Assembly (NCBI GenBank): GCA_010909165.1
Contig: MU008158.1
Coordinates: forward strand, 1,017,478 to 1,081,477
Length of the DNA stretch: 64,000 nt
Origin: Anthoceros angustus
Taxonomy: Eukaryota > Plantae > Anthocerotophyta
Direction of reading: 5' to 3'
The position numbers were made by a program, and so were the translations under genes. The notes below the pieces were generated by a model that saw nothing but the letters and a program-made list of their open reading frames with translations, did no database searches and was not told the origin of the DNA. How positions within the stretch are numbered: position 1 is the stretch's first letter; each line of letters begins with the position of its first letter. Below, piece after piece: positions 51,257 to 64,000 of this stretch.

Positions 51257-51690
51257 GTGTAAAGCAAGTCTCGTAGCAATGGGTTTCATACAAGTCGAAG
51301 GGTTAGATTAGCAAGAGACCTTCTCCCCTATCATTAGAGCACAGTCCATTAGAATGATCCTAGCCCTTGCTGCAGAATTCGACCTTGAGCTCCAACAGAT
51401 GGATGTGTGCATGTGGGCTACGAACTTCCCTTGGGGGTTAGGAAATAAGTTGGGTTTGTTTTTAGGCAAATTAGAAGTGTAAAAGCAAGTCTCGTGGCAA
51501 TGGGTTTCACAAGTGGTGAAGGTTAGATTAGCGAGACCTTCTCCCTATCATTGAAAGCCACGAGTCCATTAGAATGATCCACAGCCCTTGCTCCGAGTCG
51601 ACCTTGAGCTCCAAGAGATGGATGTGTGCTGTAGACTCACAGACTTCCACTTGGGGTTAGGAAATAAGTTGGGTTTGTTTTTTTAGGCGA
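51257..51690. repeat. ~220-bp tandem duplication spanning the junction of Copia A RT and the next element
   Basis: gtgtaaa(a)gcaagtctcg...ggggttaggaaataagttgggtttg occurs twice. Confidence 0.9.
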
Positions 51691-53500
51691 AGTGAAATAA
51701 AAGCGGAAAAGGAGGAATAAGCACGGCGGGCGCTCGGCGAGGTGCTCACGGAGGTGCACTCCGGACTCAGGATGGGTAACGGACCCCGGTACCACCTCTG
51801 AAGAGCCACACACCGGACACATACTGGCAAGGTGTCGGGATAAGTCCAGGACCCCACTCAGGTCAAAAGAGCGGGATAAGAATCGCCCTTGAAGTAACCC
51901 AGAAGTTGAGTCGTGAGTCGAGACGGTGGCGCCACGTGGTGGCCACGAGTGGAAGGCGGGCATGCGTGAGCTAGGACCATAGCCTTGCAGGGGCGTTATG
52001 GCCCAGTATTCACGCCCAGCGTGCTTGCGCGGCAGTAAGGAGGCGGAGTAAGGCGGGCGTAAGGTGAGGAAGTAAGCCATGCAGGAACCTAAAAGCGATT
52101 CACAGACGGGGAAGGGGCACCCTCAGCCCAGTGATTACTCCCAGCGCAGCCCGGCGGCGAGGAGGTCATTTTCTGTCGCGACCACTCGAGACCCAATTTT
52201 TGCGATCTCTTAGCTCCTGTAGCCAGCCCTCTGGCGTATCTCTCCGGCAGCTTGAAAGGCGCCTTGGCGGCTCACCTTTGGGGTTGGGCGGCCGGCAGCG
52301 TGAAGAGTTGCATCGTGCGGCGATCCGCGGACAATGCGTCTACCAGTAGGAGTAAGAAGAAGGAGGCGATGGGACCCAAGAAGGCTGGCGGAGAATTAGA
52401 ACCATGGAACTTGGTGAGTGCAGCATTGTCTCCGGCTATCGGCGCTATATGGGACTTGAAGTAGAGTGGGCGGAGGAGGCGATGGGACCCAAGAGCTGCC
52501 GGAGAATCTGCGCCATGGAACTTGGTGGAGTCTGTTGTTGTCACTCGGCGCTATCCCATGGGACTTGGAGTGGGCGGAGGAGGCGGGGATGGTCGAGGTG
52601 GCACTGGACGTGTTCAGTCTTCGGACATTTGATGTCACCCTAGTCCCAAGAATGCCTTGGGAAGATGTTGGCAATGACCAACAGGAGGTTTGATCCAAGA
52701 ACCTCAGGAGGACTCCCTAGGAGGTGGACATGGAGGAATCTGAGGCGGCTTCGGCCTGCCCGGTGAGGAAGAAAGGTGGCCGGCGTGAGTCCGGGCCCCT
52801 GAGCAAAGAGGAAGATGGGCGGCAAAGGCGGCAATCAAAACCCGGCAGGACCACAGGCGCCCGCGACCAATTTGCGGGTGGGCGATGGCAGTTGTTGGAG
52901 CGGTGAGGCGGTGGCTGGGATCATAGCCATCCCCTTTGGAACACCACTCACCTTAAGGTAGAACCACCTTGGGCTGACAGATTTAATAATTATTCGCATA
53001 AGCTGCAGCCCATGAGGCAAGAGGCAGGCCAGGAGGATCATCTCTTACGCCCGGTTCAGCGGAGGCTGTACATGAGGCGGGGTGCGAGCCACCTCGTCGG
53101 GACCTATCCCATGCTCGATCCATGTGCGGCAGGAGACTACGACCCTCACAGAAGGATGGGGAAGAAGGCGGGCGCTCCGGAAGGGCTGGGCGGCCCCTCT
53201 ACAAGGCCAGGCCAGACAGCAAGGCGCAAAAGCGGGAAGGCTTGGGCCGCCGGGAGACAAGAAACACCCGGAGGAGCAGGCAGGAGAGGAATCCAGATTG
53301 CTCATACGTTGGGTAGGCGGACTCGCCTATACCAAAGGGAAGTATGGGAGGACATCCAGCTTCCCTCCTCTGGTGCCGGGCCAAGACAGCCGATCACAGG
53401 AGGCGGTCCCAGTGACCGGGGAGGCCTGGGCGGCGGCCGTAGGCGACCCGACGACTACTGGGAACTTTGCTGGCTATATAACGTTTTTTGTTGTACATCT
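51630..53500 (+). mobile_element. Possible 5' LTR (~51630-51925), tRNA-Lys-like PBS and GC-rich leader of a Tat-like Gypsy element inserted in Copia A RT
   Basis: Copia RT stops at MDVC and is followed by TGTAGAC; tggcgccacgtggtggc at ~51928 resembles the tRNA-Lys PBS TGGCGCCCACCGTGGGGC; ~113-bp internal duplication at 52363-52585. No pol motifs seen. Confidence 0.35.
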
Positions 53501-53949
53501 TGTTATGGTGATCAAAAGCGTTACAGCGGTATGGGAGAGACTTCGATCACAAGCTTTGAGTTTGTTACATTATGTCTATTACTCTTCTCTCTACTTGAAT
53601 GGGTGCGACTTGCTTCCCTCCAGCAGACGTCCCTCTTTCTCACTTATCTATAGTAAAAATAGTTTCACTACTTGGTACACGGGCGGTCCCCGTTCTAGTT
53701 CCATTGTCGATCGTGAACTCCTTGTAATTATGTTCATCCGCCCTCCCACGTGTGGTCCGCCTTGTCATGCTCGCTTTTTATGCACCTTCCTTAAAATATC
53801 TTTGGAAACCTCACGCCACATCCACTTGGTGGGTTCCACTCATCCACGCACCGGGTGGGCGGGTTCTCCCACAGCTCGTTTGGCTGTTTTGTCTTAGTGG
53901 GTATCCGGGCCCGTGGCGTGCCTTGTGGAAAAGCGACATGGTGATGTTG

Positions 53950-56040
53950 TTCGGTCGGTACAACTTTTTTGGAAGTGGGATGTACGTCTGATCCAACCCA
54001 TACGACATGGACAATGTACCAGCAGACGGTCGGACTAAGCTGGCCGGATGTCCGTGCGATATGGTGGATAACATGCTCAACACTTCGATTGTCACGCGAA
54101 ACGTTGTTGTTCTTAGAAGGTGTAAGCGACTCGATTTGTTGTTGTGAGTATGAAGATGGAGACAAAACCACAGCTATGTGAGCTTGAGTACCTCGGAATG
54201 GCCACAAGATTGCCCCATTGCACGCATACAACATCGCTCTCCCACCGCGTGCTTGAATGGTGGATTGAAGTCCATTGGAAATGTGGATAAAGGCGAACAA
54301 GGCAAACCACATTACGTGGGTCGCTTTCGCAAAACCGTCATGGTCTGACCATACCAAATCGCATCAACAACAGGCGACACTCACCTCCCACGTCAAACTC
54401 CTATCTTCATTGAGCTCTTGTGCATAAAGAACTCGCCTTCATATACCTCCACGGTCACTGGCTCCGCAAGGCTCCTTATTCGGAATAGGTACCCATGTGA
54501 TCGCCCTGCCAACAAGGCATGAAGTCGTCCTCCAGCCAGGGTGAAGCAGGCCTCAACGATCATGTCTGCCGCCTCCAGGAGCTGGTAATGGCCTTCGTCA
54601 TTCACTTTGAAATCTGCATATGCTGCAAAATGGTCCACTCTGTTGTGCGTGAACAAAACCCTCGACTGATACCTGTAGAAGTTCGCCCCGTCCAATTGCT
54701 GCTTCACAATAGTGACCATGCCACATGCTGTGGATGGGGCTGTAAGCATGGACCTTAATGCATAATCTGGGCCAGTCCACAGAAGGTAACGACGTTGATC
54801 CCAATAGGGCCCCCTCTCGCGCACATATATGTGTTTCCCCACATCCACTTGTGAAATTGTGCCTCCTCCACGCAATGGCGTCCATAAGTTCCCACCAATC
54901 CAATCGCCTTGTTGGGTGCGAGGTAATTTCTCCAAATTGGGCCACCTTGCACCACGGAAGTGTGAACAAGTGCTCTCCCAACATGGCGTCTGTCAATTTC
55001 TCCCTTGCGTCTCAAATCGAGGGGCACGATGTGTTCACGCCAATTCTCTCGAGTGCCTCAAGCTGCAGTGCCGAATATTGCGAGCTCCTTTGCTCGACCC
55101 GGAACCCAAGACCCAACCTTTCAAGCTCCCAAACTTTCCCGTTCGTGATCTTCTCGAGCCGCGGACAACGGCCCATCATCCTCCAAACTTGCTCTTGCTG
55201 TGACAAACCGATGATGCATTTAAGCAACCCTACGCCTCCACTTGGAGCACCCACCCTCTCCCCTCCCCACACATATGGGGTGTGCACATTGGATCAATGC
55301 AGACGCACACCTTCTCATCGCCTTCCACCGGCCCGAGGCTGCACTCCAAATTGGAGGCAGACATCATGCCATGGTTTTGGCGGTGGAGTTGTCGCTCGGA
55401 CTCGAACGATGTGCCTTGCACCACAAGCCGTGTCGTGCGCCTTATGCCTTGGCGGTACTCTATGGGCGGGTTCATTGCCAATGATACCATGCTCCATGTG
55501 TTGGGTGTATGCATTTGAGGCAGTTCGGGAGTAGTAAGGCTCTGTTTGGTGTGCCATCCATGGCGGTCCGGTGGATTGAAATGTAGGTAAGCGGCGGTGT
55601 GCGCATATGCAAGCAAGTGTCGGCAAATAGAATGGGAGTCAACCTCGAGTGACAAACACGCTTTAATCTTGTGAACTGAACTTTGGGAAGGCAATGCTTT
55701 CCACCTTACTTCAATTCAACGCTTCTTACACACACCCTTTGTGGAAGTGCTACAAAACTCCACACGGGACATCCCTGCCCGATTCCGGCCTCATGCACTT
55801 GTTGTCGTCGTCATGGCATGTTGCTTGCGTGTGCCCTACTCAGAAATAAACACCTAGGATAGGCATCGCCTTGCGTCTTGGCAAGCGGCTAGTGCGGGCT
55901 TGCAATGCGTCGGCGGCAGCAGTTTGGAATGCTTCAAATGGAGTTGCGGCCTTCTCCGCCACATTGTGACCGTGTCTTTGTTGAGCTCCATGTCTTGATG
56001 CTGGAAAACTCTTCTCGATGCATGCATACATCTTCACGCA
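53950..56040 (-). pseudogene. Unidentified protein-coding cargo, frameshifted, divergent from the CACTA transposase
   Basis: Overlapping minus-strand ORFs 55840-56037, 55230-55694, 55012-55287, 54393-54935 and 53791-54357 have globular-protein-like composition; no family recognised. Confidence 0.5.
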
Positions 56041-56799
56041 TATGAGAGAACTTGGGGCGTTGTTGCCTTCCGATGGGCCTTATGGATGACGATCGCCGAC
56101 TATACGTGTTGGCAAATGCGGTCTACCAATGCCTACCACGGGCATTGGCGTGTGACCATCTCCTCAAGCCGGCTGATGCCATCCAATGTTAGCTCTTCAT
56201 CGACAATATAACAAGGTTAAATGCATTCTGGTTGGCATCGACGGAAAGCGATGGGTGTGCGTGGTATGTGAGAGAGGTGGCGTTGGCCCATGTGGGCATT
56301 TGAAGTCGCTATTGAATCCATTTTGTGTGTGAGATGCCCATGAGAATACGACGTGGAAGCAGTGCGTTGTTGGCGTCCCATCCTTCTCATCAACGTGCCT
56401 GATACCAGCATGTCGTGCGGGGAAAGCGAGTGGTGCCCTCCAATGCGACTTTCTATGGACCACGCGTGATTAACATTCTTCGGGGTGGGGTATTTTGAGT
56501 TTGAACCATCAGGTTGCAATGCCGCGTATACGGGATCCGGACTTGACGACATGCTATGTCCATGCCAGCTGCCGAACATAGCAACACCCATCCACACACA
56601 TTTCACAACATTGTGAGGAAACTATCCGCGTTGGTATAAGCGGTGAGTGTGGAATATGCAAGCATGTTCTCCCTACTTGATTACGTGACTTGTTTAAGGT
56701 TATGCATCTCATTTATTTTTCGGGCTTTCAATGGTAGCGTAGGAATTTGTCGCCCATTCACGAGGAGGAGCGTGGGCATGCCGCCGACATTCCGGCAAG

Positions 56800-59460
56800 G
56801 TGCGGTTTGAATCCATCGATCAACACATGTCTCCTCCACTCGGCGACATGACGTGTCGCCACAACCACGGATGTTTGGATGGCGGGCGGGCACATGGTTG
56901 GATGATGTGGACATCGATGACATCATGGCGGTTGGGATCCCCAACAAGTGCCAGCGATGACATGACCGGAATTGCGCGGAAACACCATTGTTCAGTTGCG
57001 AACATTGCGTACCACGAAACTTCTCTCACTGCGACATACGCTCCTATCAATCCAATCCAAGTTCGGTATATCGATGTTGCCATAGCTATATTGGAGGCTC
57101 TTGGTCACTTGCCATCGGAAACTCGGCCGGGTCCATGGCGGAGGCAAAGAAAACCCTATATATGTTTGGGCCCAAGGTCGAAAAGATTCACTTTGTGTTA
57201 ATGTATTTGCTTTTACTGGACCATATGCTTGACGAAATTTGCCAAATGTGCATCGCGGATATGTGTCGCGCGGGTCTACCAAATGGTACTAGGAGAGTAC
57301 CCGAAAAGTCCCTATGGCATTTTCCCACAAGTCTAGGTGACTCGTATGTTTGCACGCGAGGCAATGCGCTCATGACTTCGTGTGACAATGCGGAGCGTGG
57401 ATGGTTCCATGGGCATCATGGCGATACACTGCATGGGCTGTTCGGATGGGTTGGACGGTTTTGGCTTGGAACCATGAAATATTCGTTTGCTCACAGATGG
57501 GTTTAATCCTTTTGGGCATAAGTCTACATCCCATTCCATTTGGCGTGTTCTTTGGTTGTGCACAACCTACCACCATGGTTGAGTCTGAAATCAATATCAT
57601 AATGCCAATTATAGTGGGGCCCCATTGTCCCAATTTCGATGTCTACATGGAGCCACTATTGCGGAGTTGAGTGACCTTTGGTGGGATACCAATGGAAGAC
57701 TTCTCACGGGGGGCAGCAGTGAAATTCCGATTGCGTCGGCTATTTTGCACACGATAGCGATTACCCGGGCTTGGGAACATTGTCGGGGTTTCAGGTGAAA
57801 GGGTCGCGGGCATGTATGGAATGTTGGGATGCATTAGGATCCCAGGTAAGAACCTTCAAAGGAGGTATATGGTACCGCGATGGTGCCACCCAACCACCCC
57901 ATCGCGCCTTCATTCGCATATGTACAATGGCGAAGTGGAAAGGCGCTCACGCCAACATGCCAACTTATGTCATCTCCGACATGGAACGTAGGGAGAAAGC
58001 AACATCGAGGGTTGAGGGAGCGAGGGTTGTTCGGCACCGTCGCTTGTCATGTGGTTCAAATATTTACCATATTGGAGGGATATGCCGAGTGGGCACGAGA
58101 AGGATGTGATGCACGTTGAAAGAAACAATGCGGAGACTATCGGCACACTCTAAGGAGAAAAGGATGACTTGAAATCCGGTTGGACATGGAAGAATACGGT
58201 GGGAAGCACGACTTGTGGCCTCGTGGAGCCAATAGGGACCAATATACTCCGGACGTGTGTTATCGTCTCGACTTGGAGAAGGTTATGAAGGAAATGCAAG
58301 CAATCAAACTACCCGGATATGCTTCTAACATCGCAATAAGCTAGCTTGAAAGTGGGGAGTTTAAAAGCACACGATTGGCATGTACTAATGGAAATATACT
58401 TCCCAATTGTTTTAAGGGAAGAATTAAACCGAGATGGTACAAGGCGGTGGCCGGGTTGAGCAAACTTTATCGGTGGATATGCCTGAGAATCCGAGGCATG
58501 AGGTGGGAAGAATGCAAGCGAGTGCATCAAAGTCATGTGACTTGGAGAATTCCCACCTAAATTGTTTGATATTTCCACCCACCTCATTATTCATCTTGTG
58601 GATGAGGTCGCACTTCTTGGCCCTTCATGTCGGATGGATGTATCCGGTTGAAAGATATCTAGGAAGGAGGAAGGAAGACATCCGACAACGCGAAAAGGAA
58701 GCATGGCGGAGGGTATGTTCGAGAGGAGGCATCATGTTTGCAAAGGCTTACCTTCGGCGACATCATCCATAACAGCCCATATTTACGGTGAGAAAGATGA
58801 CCCGCGACGGTGAACCGTTAGGAATGGGCAAGCCATACAAGTTCACCACGAGCTCCACCAGTCCACAATTTTGTGTTGAGACACACGATGGTTCTTGACC
58901 CCTTCCTACACTTTACAACGAAGAGGTCATGGATGTTGATGGCGAGGCAGCAATCTTTCGCGTGGGTTCATCTTGGCGGGGATTACGGAAGGTGGGAGTC
59001 ATCATGCTTATGCGATGTTGCGGCCATAATGGATGGGCCTTCTATTTGGCGACTACTTATAGGCACATGTGGAGCAATGGTAGCCACGCACCTTTGCAAA
59101 CGAAGACCGTCGCGCCACTCGACTGAGTTTGTACAAAGTATGTCATGGGAGGCGGTGTATGCATACATACTATGGCAATGTAGCGGAAATAATTCAGTGC
59201 GGTTGCGGATTCGAGCCAATGGTCCTTAAGGTCAAGTGGTTTGAGTGTAATCCAAGTGGGAGATCCCAATCCATTCGCGAAACTTACGGTGGATTTGATC
59301 TCGTGTTCACCGGAAGGCACTGCACGTATGTTGCAGATGGAGTTGACACCCCTTTCATATGGCCACATCAAGTTACACAATGCATATTCCATCTTTGAGC
59401 AGGAATAGAGGTGGGCTTTAGCGGTGCCGCCTGCGTGGGTGGAGGAGAAGCAGTCGACGG
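56800..59460 (+). mobile_element. CACTA/En-Spm transposase (TnpD/TNP2: Transposase_21, DUF4218, DUF4216), frameshifted
   Basis: NIRL..TDGFNPFG..STSHSIW, HNLPPW, FDVYMEPL, PGLGTLSG..KG.RAC.EC, DVMHVE.N, GYASNI, LKAHDWHVLM, HLVDEV, WMYPVERYL, YYGNVAEII..KVKWFE, PFIWPHQVTQ, all in canonical order. Confidence 0.93.
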
Positions 59461-60025
59461 AATAATGACTCGGGGCTTCATAAAAAAAAGGCTTGAGTCA
59501 TACACTTGTAGTGGAAATGCCCTTAGGCCTTGTGAGCGTTGGCGGTGTTATGCGCGACATTGGGACACTCCGCCGCTCTAAGGCGTGTTATCGCCATAGC
59601 GTCTACGCAGGCCGAGTATAGGACCCACCATGTCCGCTCTTCTCCAAACCATTCGCAATGGGAGAGATCCGCAGTCCATCCAATGTGTAATATCTAGCAA
59701 CAATGACCCACCTCCAGACACGCCTCCGCGCATCCAAAACCTCGGCTTCACCACCGCAAAGTTGCAAGCCATCGTCGGCGTCTTCATCGCGGAAGTTGGG
59801 GCGTGGTGCGGCGGTGTGCCCATCACGTCACGTTTGGCGTATGGTGCCCTCCACCTCGGCAAGAAAGGCTATATCCGTTTCCATCATCCATTACATGCCA
59901 TTCACCACAAAGCCGCCAAACCATAAGAACGCCGCGACGCCAGACAAGCGACAATTGAGCGAAGCTCGCGAAATCCAAGGCAGTTGACCGACCGAGTCTT
60001 CAATGCGAAACCGGAGGGCAAATGG

Positions 60026-61700
60026 GTGTGAGGAGGAAATGGAAGCCTTATATCCGAGAAAGGCAATTATGACAGTGCGCATAGCGAGGATGGACTCATT
60101 GGTGGCGCTACGTCGACAAGTGTGAAGCGTGCATGGAAATATTCGCCCTCGCGCCCGTCACTGAGAGACGCGGCTTTCCATTTTAATGTACCAGTCATAC
60201 CTAGGTTATATACCATGTTTCAGGAAACCCGGTGTCCTTGGAACATGGTCTTTTCCCAACAGCATACCATGTCATCGAACCACGATTTTTCCGCACACAC
60301 CATGCTCCTTGGAACATGGGGATGTCATGGTACACGGATACATAGAGCGGAAATTATGCAGTTCTGTATGTACCTTGTTCCTTGGACCATGGTAATTTGC
60401 ACAAACCATGTCGTGGGGACATGGTGATGCCATGAGAGGAAGTTCCTTGGTTCATGGGTTCGCTGCCTATATATGTCATGCTATATATATGGCTGGTAAA
60501 TGGGATGAATGACATATTGAATGTGAGGACAACCGCGATCTCCGTGCACAGAGTCGTCATGATGCTTGGTGGCACGTTCCTCAAAGTTGTCGGAGGCACG
60601 CCGCCCGCGAAAGGAATGTGACACCACGCATGTTTCAGGCATCGCTCGATCGCGACTGCGTATGTGCAGCAGGCGCTGCTCCTCCGTAGTCCTCCATCCA
60701 TACGCTCCGGCGGTGAAGCGACCCTCAGCGGTTGCGCAATGACCCGGGCGGAACAAAGGTTGTGTCCTCCATGAGGGTTCAATCGACAGGCAGCGATGTC
60801 TGGGGGTGAAGGACGTCGGCCTCAGGGCGCCAGTTGGGGCATGAAGGAACCCTACTTGCGAGGCCTGTGTGAGGAGGCGAAATGGAAGCCTTATATCCGA
60901 GAAAGGCTGCAATTATGACATGCGCATGACGAGGATGGACTCATGGTGGCGCTACCGTCGACAAGTGTGAAGCGTGCATGGAAAAACTGCCCCTGCGCCC
61001 GTCAATCTGAGAACGCGGCTTTCCATTTTAATGTTCGATCATACAATGCTATATACCATGTTTGAGGAGGCCGGTGTCCTTGGAACATGGTCTTTTCCCA
61101 ACAAGATACCATGTCATCGAACCATGATATTTCCGCTCATACCATGCTCCTTGGAACATGGGGATGTCATATACCGATACATAGGCGGAAATTATGCATT
61201 GTATGTACCTTGTTCCTTGGACCATGGTACTTTGCACAAACCATGTCGTGGGGACATGGTGATGGCATGGGAGGAAGTTCCTTGGTTGATGGGTTCGTGC
61301 CTATATATGTCATGCTATATATATGGCTGGTAAATGCGGATGAATGACATATTGAATGTGAGGACAATCCGCGATCTCCGTGCGAGAGCATCGTGATGCT
61401 TGGGTAGCACGCGTTCCTCAAAGTTGTCGGCCGCGCCGGAATGTGACACCACGCATGTTCTTGCATAACATCATCATCGCTGCATCAAACGACAAGCATC
61501 GCCGCCTCAATCCATACATGGCTCCACGGCGGCCGAACGACCCTCAGCGGTTTGCGCATGAGCTGAACAAAGGTTGTGTCCTCCATGAGGGTTCAATCGA
61601 CAGAGAAAGCGAGGCGATGTCGGGGGTGAAGGACCGACGCCTCGAGCGTTTGGGCGTTGGGGCATGAAGACGCCGAACCACCTACTTGCGAGGCCTCGTG
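60026..61700. repeat. ~0.84-kb tandem duplication (60026-60866 / 60867-61700) containing short (G)GAACATGG / CCATG repeats
   Basis: gtgtgaggagg..aaatggaagccttatatccgagaaagg ... cctacttgcgaggcct occurs twice. Confidence 0.93.
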
Positions 61701-62499
61701 CAGGCCGACAATTGTCTTGGATGTGCTGGAGTTGACCATGCACGAATGGGAATAACAGAGGCGGGGATTCGGGGGTGAAATGGAGTGAATGTATTCATAT
61801 ATGGACGAGGCGACGACATTGGCGAATCTTTATTCGGATTGTGGGATGCTAGGGTTTTCAGCCGCCCTCTCTGAATCGAGACTTCCTCGTCATGGGGTTG
61901 AAGAAACAACAGACTAGGAGCTTTGAGGCAAGAAAAATTGTCCATACATGCATGAGAATTGGATCCAATTTGGAACAGAAGTTGCTTTTGAGATTGTAGA
62001 TTTGTTGTGGGTGCTTGGCGATGGCGCAACCATGCTTAGCTTGCAGTGTTGCGGTGACCTTTTGCTTTTCGATTCGAGGCACTTGCCTCCCTCACAAAGT
62101 ATATGTTATATGAGTTGTGAATTTCGGCTAAAGGAATGAAACTAAAATAGACATTTAAATGTCCCAATGGAAATGCGGTCGGTATGTGAACGGCACCGTT
62201 ATGCCATAACAAGAGATTACTTGAAGTGTAACAAGACATGCACGCCACCGAAATGGCGTGTCTGACCCGCACTGCCCGCATGCATGCGAGGCGGGTGCAT
62301 GGGGTTTTGTCGGGTCATTTGAAAGCGGTCATTTATCACAAGTCATCACTCAAATCTTATCGGATCTCCGCACCACCGCCGACATCTTGGATGGCTCCTA
62401 CCATGGACCAATTTTCCACGGTGCAAGTCATTTCAACAACGTGGCGAAGAAACCGATTACCGGGTGATGCAGTATCGTAATCCCGATCGCCTTCCATAC

Positions 62500-64000
62500 T
62501 TGACCCAATTAGGCGGTAAGCCACATGGTTGGCGCACTAAGTCGGTCATGTCGGCAACATGAGAATGGGCGTGAACATGGCGGTGGCGGTTGAGGAATTC
62601 AACCTCCCATCTCGATCGGTGACTTGCACGCAGTGGGGGATACACCGATCACCATGGAGTTCCCACACGCCGACACGGTAAGACCACGCGATCCCGTCTC
62701 ATTCCAAGCGAGTGTCCGATCCGAAGCCCATGACAAGCGGCGGCTCATTTCCACGACGCTGGACTATCGGGGCAAATGGCAATGTCTGGTCATCGGAGGC
62801 GAAGGCAGCGGAAGTTTGCCGGCCGCAACACTCACCCTATACCCACCCGGTGGAATTCGCGGAGGTCAAGGAAGGAATCGCGATCGACCGGTTTGACCGT
62901 CGTGTGGCGCATTGCATAATGCTTGGGGTCGGAGCTTTGTTGCGGTGGTGGGCAAGCTCGCTACATCATTGCAATGGGCCACCTTTTGTTGACCACATGG
63001 ACAACACGCACCTGATGTTTGGTGAGAAAACATGGAATGTTGTGGGTTCGAGAGTGGCCCATGGCACCGTGTGGCAACGCAAACCTCCGGGATGAGGAAG
63101 TGGAAGGAGGCGGAGGCGTTGGCAAGGTGAATGAGTTGCTATTCGGGGCTTGACGGCTCCAAGACACAAGGAATTCTTGGAACTCATTCGGACAAAGGCT
63201 ACCAGATACCGGTAGGTGGAGCGAATTGTCAAAGTCGAGGAGGAAGACATTATGCGAAGATGTCAGTTCCGGACTTAGCATGAAGGCGGCCCATTTTTTA
63301 GCCAACATACAAGGAGTGAACCAGCGGTATGTAAAGCGACCAAGGCTTGTGCCTTAGAGGAAAAAAAGGGAAACAGTCCTCGAAATTCAAGCCACCCATG
63401 GCGGATGACAAGGTATGGCAAGAGGTGCTTACATGGGCACGGGTTGAACTTGACAACATGGCAACTTTTGCCCTCCAAAGCTCAACTAAAAAGGCAAGAC
63501 TCAAGGCGGATGGCGAGGGCCTAACCAAGATGGCGTTGTGGGAAGAAGGGATGGATCTACAAGTTCCAAAGCATGGGAGGGATCCAACGGTGAGGAGCTT
63601 GAATTTGGGGCTCTCCGTCCTATGAAAACATAACCCGTAAGTGTGCGAGGTGGAGGGGTGGAAGGATTTCTCGGCGTGCAGCTAAGAAGGAGGGAAGGAA
63701 GCGGAAATATGACCGCATCGCAGGATATCACGAGATCGGACCGGCGGGGAACATGTGGCGGACGATGGCGATGATAGCGGGAGGAGGATCAAGAAGGAGG
63801 TAATGGTGTGTTTGAGGACCATATGTCAAGTGACGCGATCGATAAGACAATGCCGATGGCGAGAATGGGGATGCGAGGGGAAGATGGGCAAGAAGGGGAA
63901 AGAGAAGGGGAAGAAGAGGATGAGGAAGAGGACAATGGGGAAGAGGACGAGGAGGATGAGAGCAGGAAGCCGAGGCGAAGAAGAGGAGGGTCATGAGGAA
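62500..64000 (+). pseudogene. Probable CACTA second gene (TnpA/ORF2-like) with acidic tract; runs off the window
   Basis: Same strand as, and ~3 kb downstream of, the transposase; ORF pieces 62624-62896, 62712-63095, 63347-63625 (KPPMADDKVWQEVLTW resembles the TnpA P..V....W..L..W pattern) and an E/D-rich 63808-63996. Confidence 0.5.

Larger units (their letters stand above)
30767..51345. repeat. ~10.4-kb tandem duplication (30767-41156 / 41157-51345)
   Basis: ccacttagaactaacaaaaccctctggc occurs at ~30767 and ~41157; the whole order C, A linker, insert, A RT is repeated with indel-type differences. Confidence 0.95.
20807..51410 (+). mobile_element. Ty1/Copia element A, host of the nest: 5' LTR ~20807/20820-21082, leader, gag-pol split into 23376-23423, 27901-~30355, 39499-39938, 40976-41156, and duplicate pieces 49651-50103 and ~51157-51410; 3' end not seen
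   Basis: PBS at 21085; gag reassembles across element B; PR-like WLLESTASAHIC, integrase LWHSRLGH / VDLCG / IVDDYSR / RSDN / QQNGVA (28678-29898); the linker and RT start (LVKN | ET*KLVEIPP..LAAEFDLELQQMDVC) resume after later insertions. Confidence 0.8.

Noticed and set aside
53666-53680. CACTACTTGG as the left TIR of the large CACTA
   Set aside because: It lacks the usual A-rich continuation and subterminal repeats, and no partner end is visible in the window.
24441-59460. Programmed frameshifting or RNA editing to explain broken TE ORFs
   Set aside because: Indels differ between duplicate copies while the single-copy genes are clean, which points to sequencing error or decay.

Overview
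Eukaryotic land-plant DNA. Short 70-110 bp GT-AG introns and tightly packed genes suggest a compact bryophyte or lycophyte genome such as a hornwort (inference only). Multi-copy regions are full of small indels, as expected for poorly polished long-read sequence, so many frameshifts may be artefacts. There are two intact host genes, both on the minus strand: an F-box/WD40 gene (10793-13083) and NRPB7 (13901-14916). Nearly everything else is transposon-derived. (i) A CRE-clade RT + restriction-like-endonuclease non-LTR retrotransposon sits inside a 23-bp minisatellite (3786-10105). (ii) Copia, Gypsy and LINE remnants occupy 15.2-20.1 kb. (iii) Three related Ty1/Copia elements are nested (A, with B and C inside it; 20.8-51.4 kb), all with unusually long ORF-bearing leaders upstream of gag. 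(iv) A probable Tat-like Gypsy 5' end and a CACTA transposase region with a cargo gene and a TnpA-like gene follow (51.6-64 kb). (v) Six head-to-tail duplications of 0.2-10.4 kb are present. Most notable: Copia element C carries, antisense in its 5-kb leader, an intron-containing gene that by eye aligns with the TnpA-position gene downstream of the CACTA transposase in this same window.
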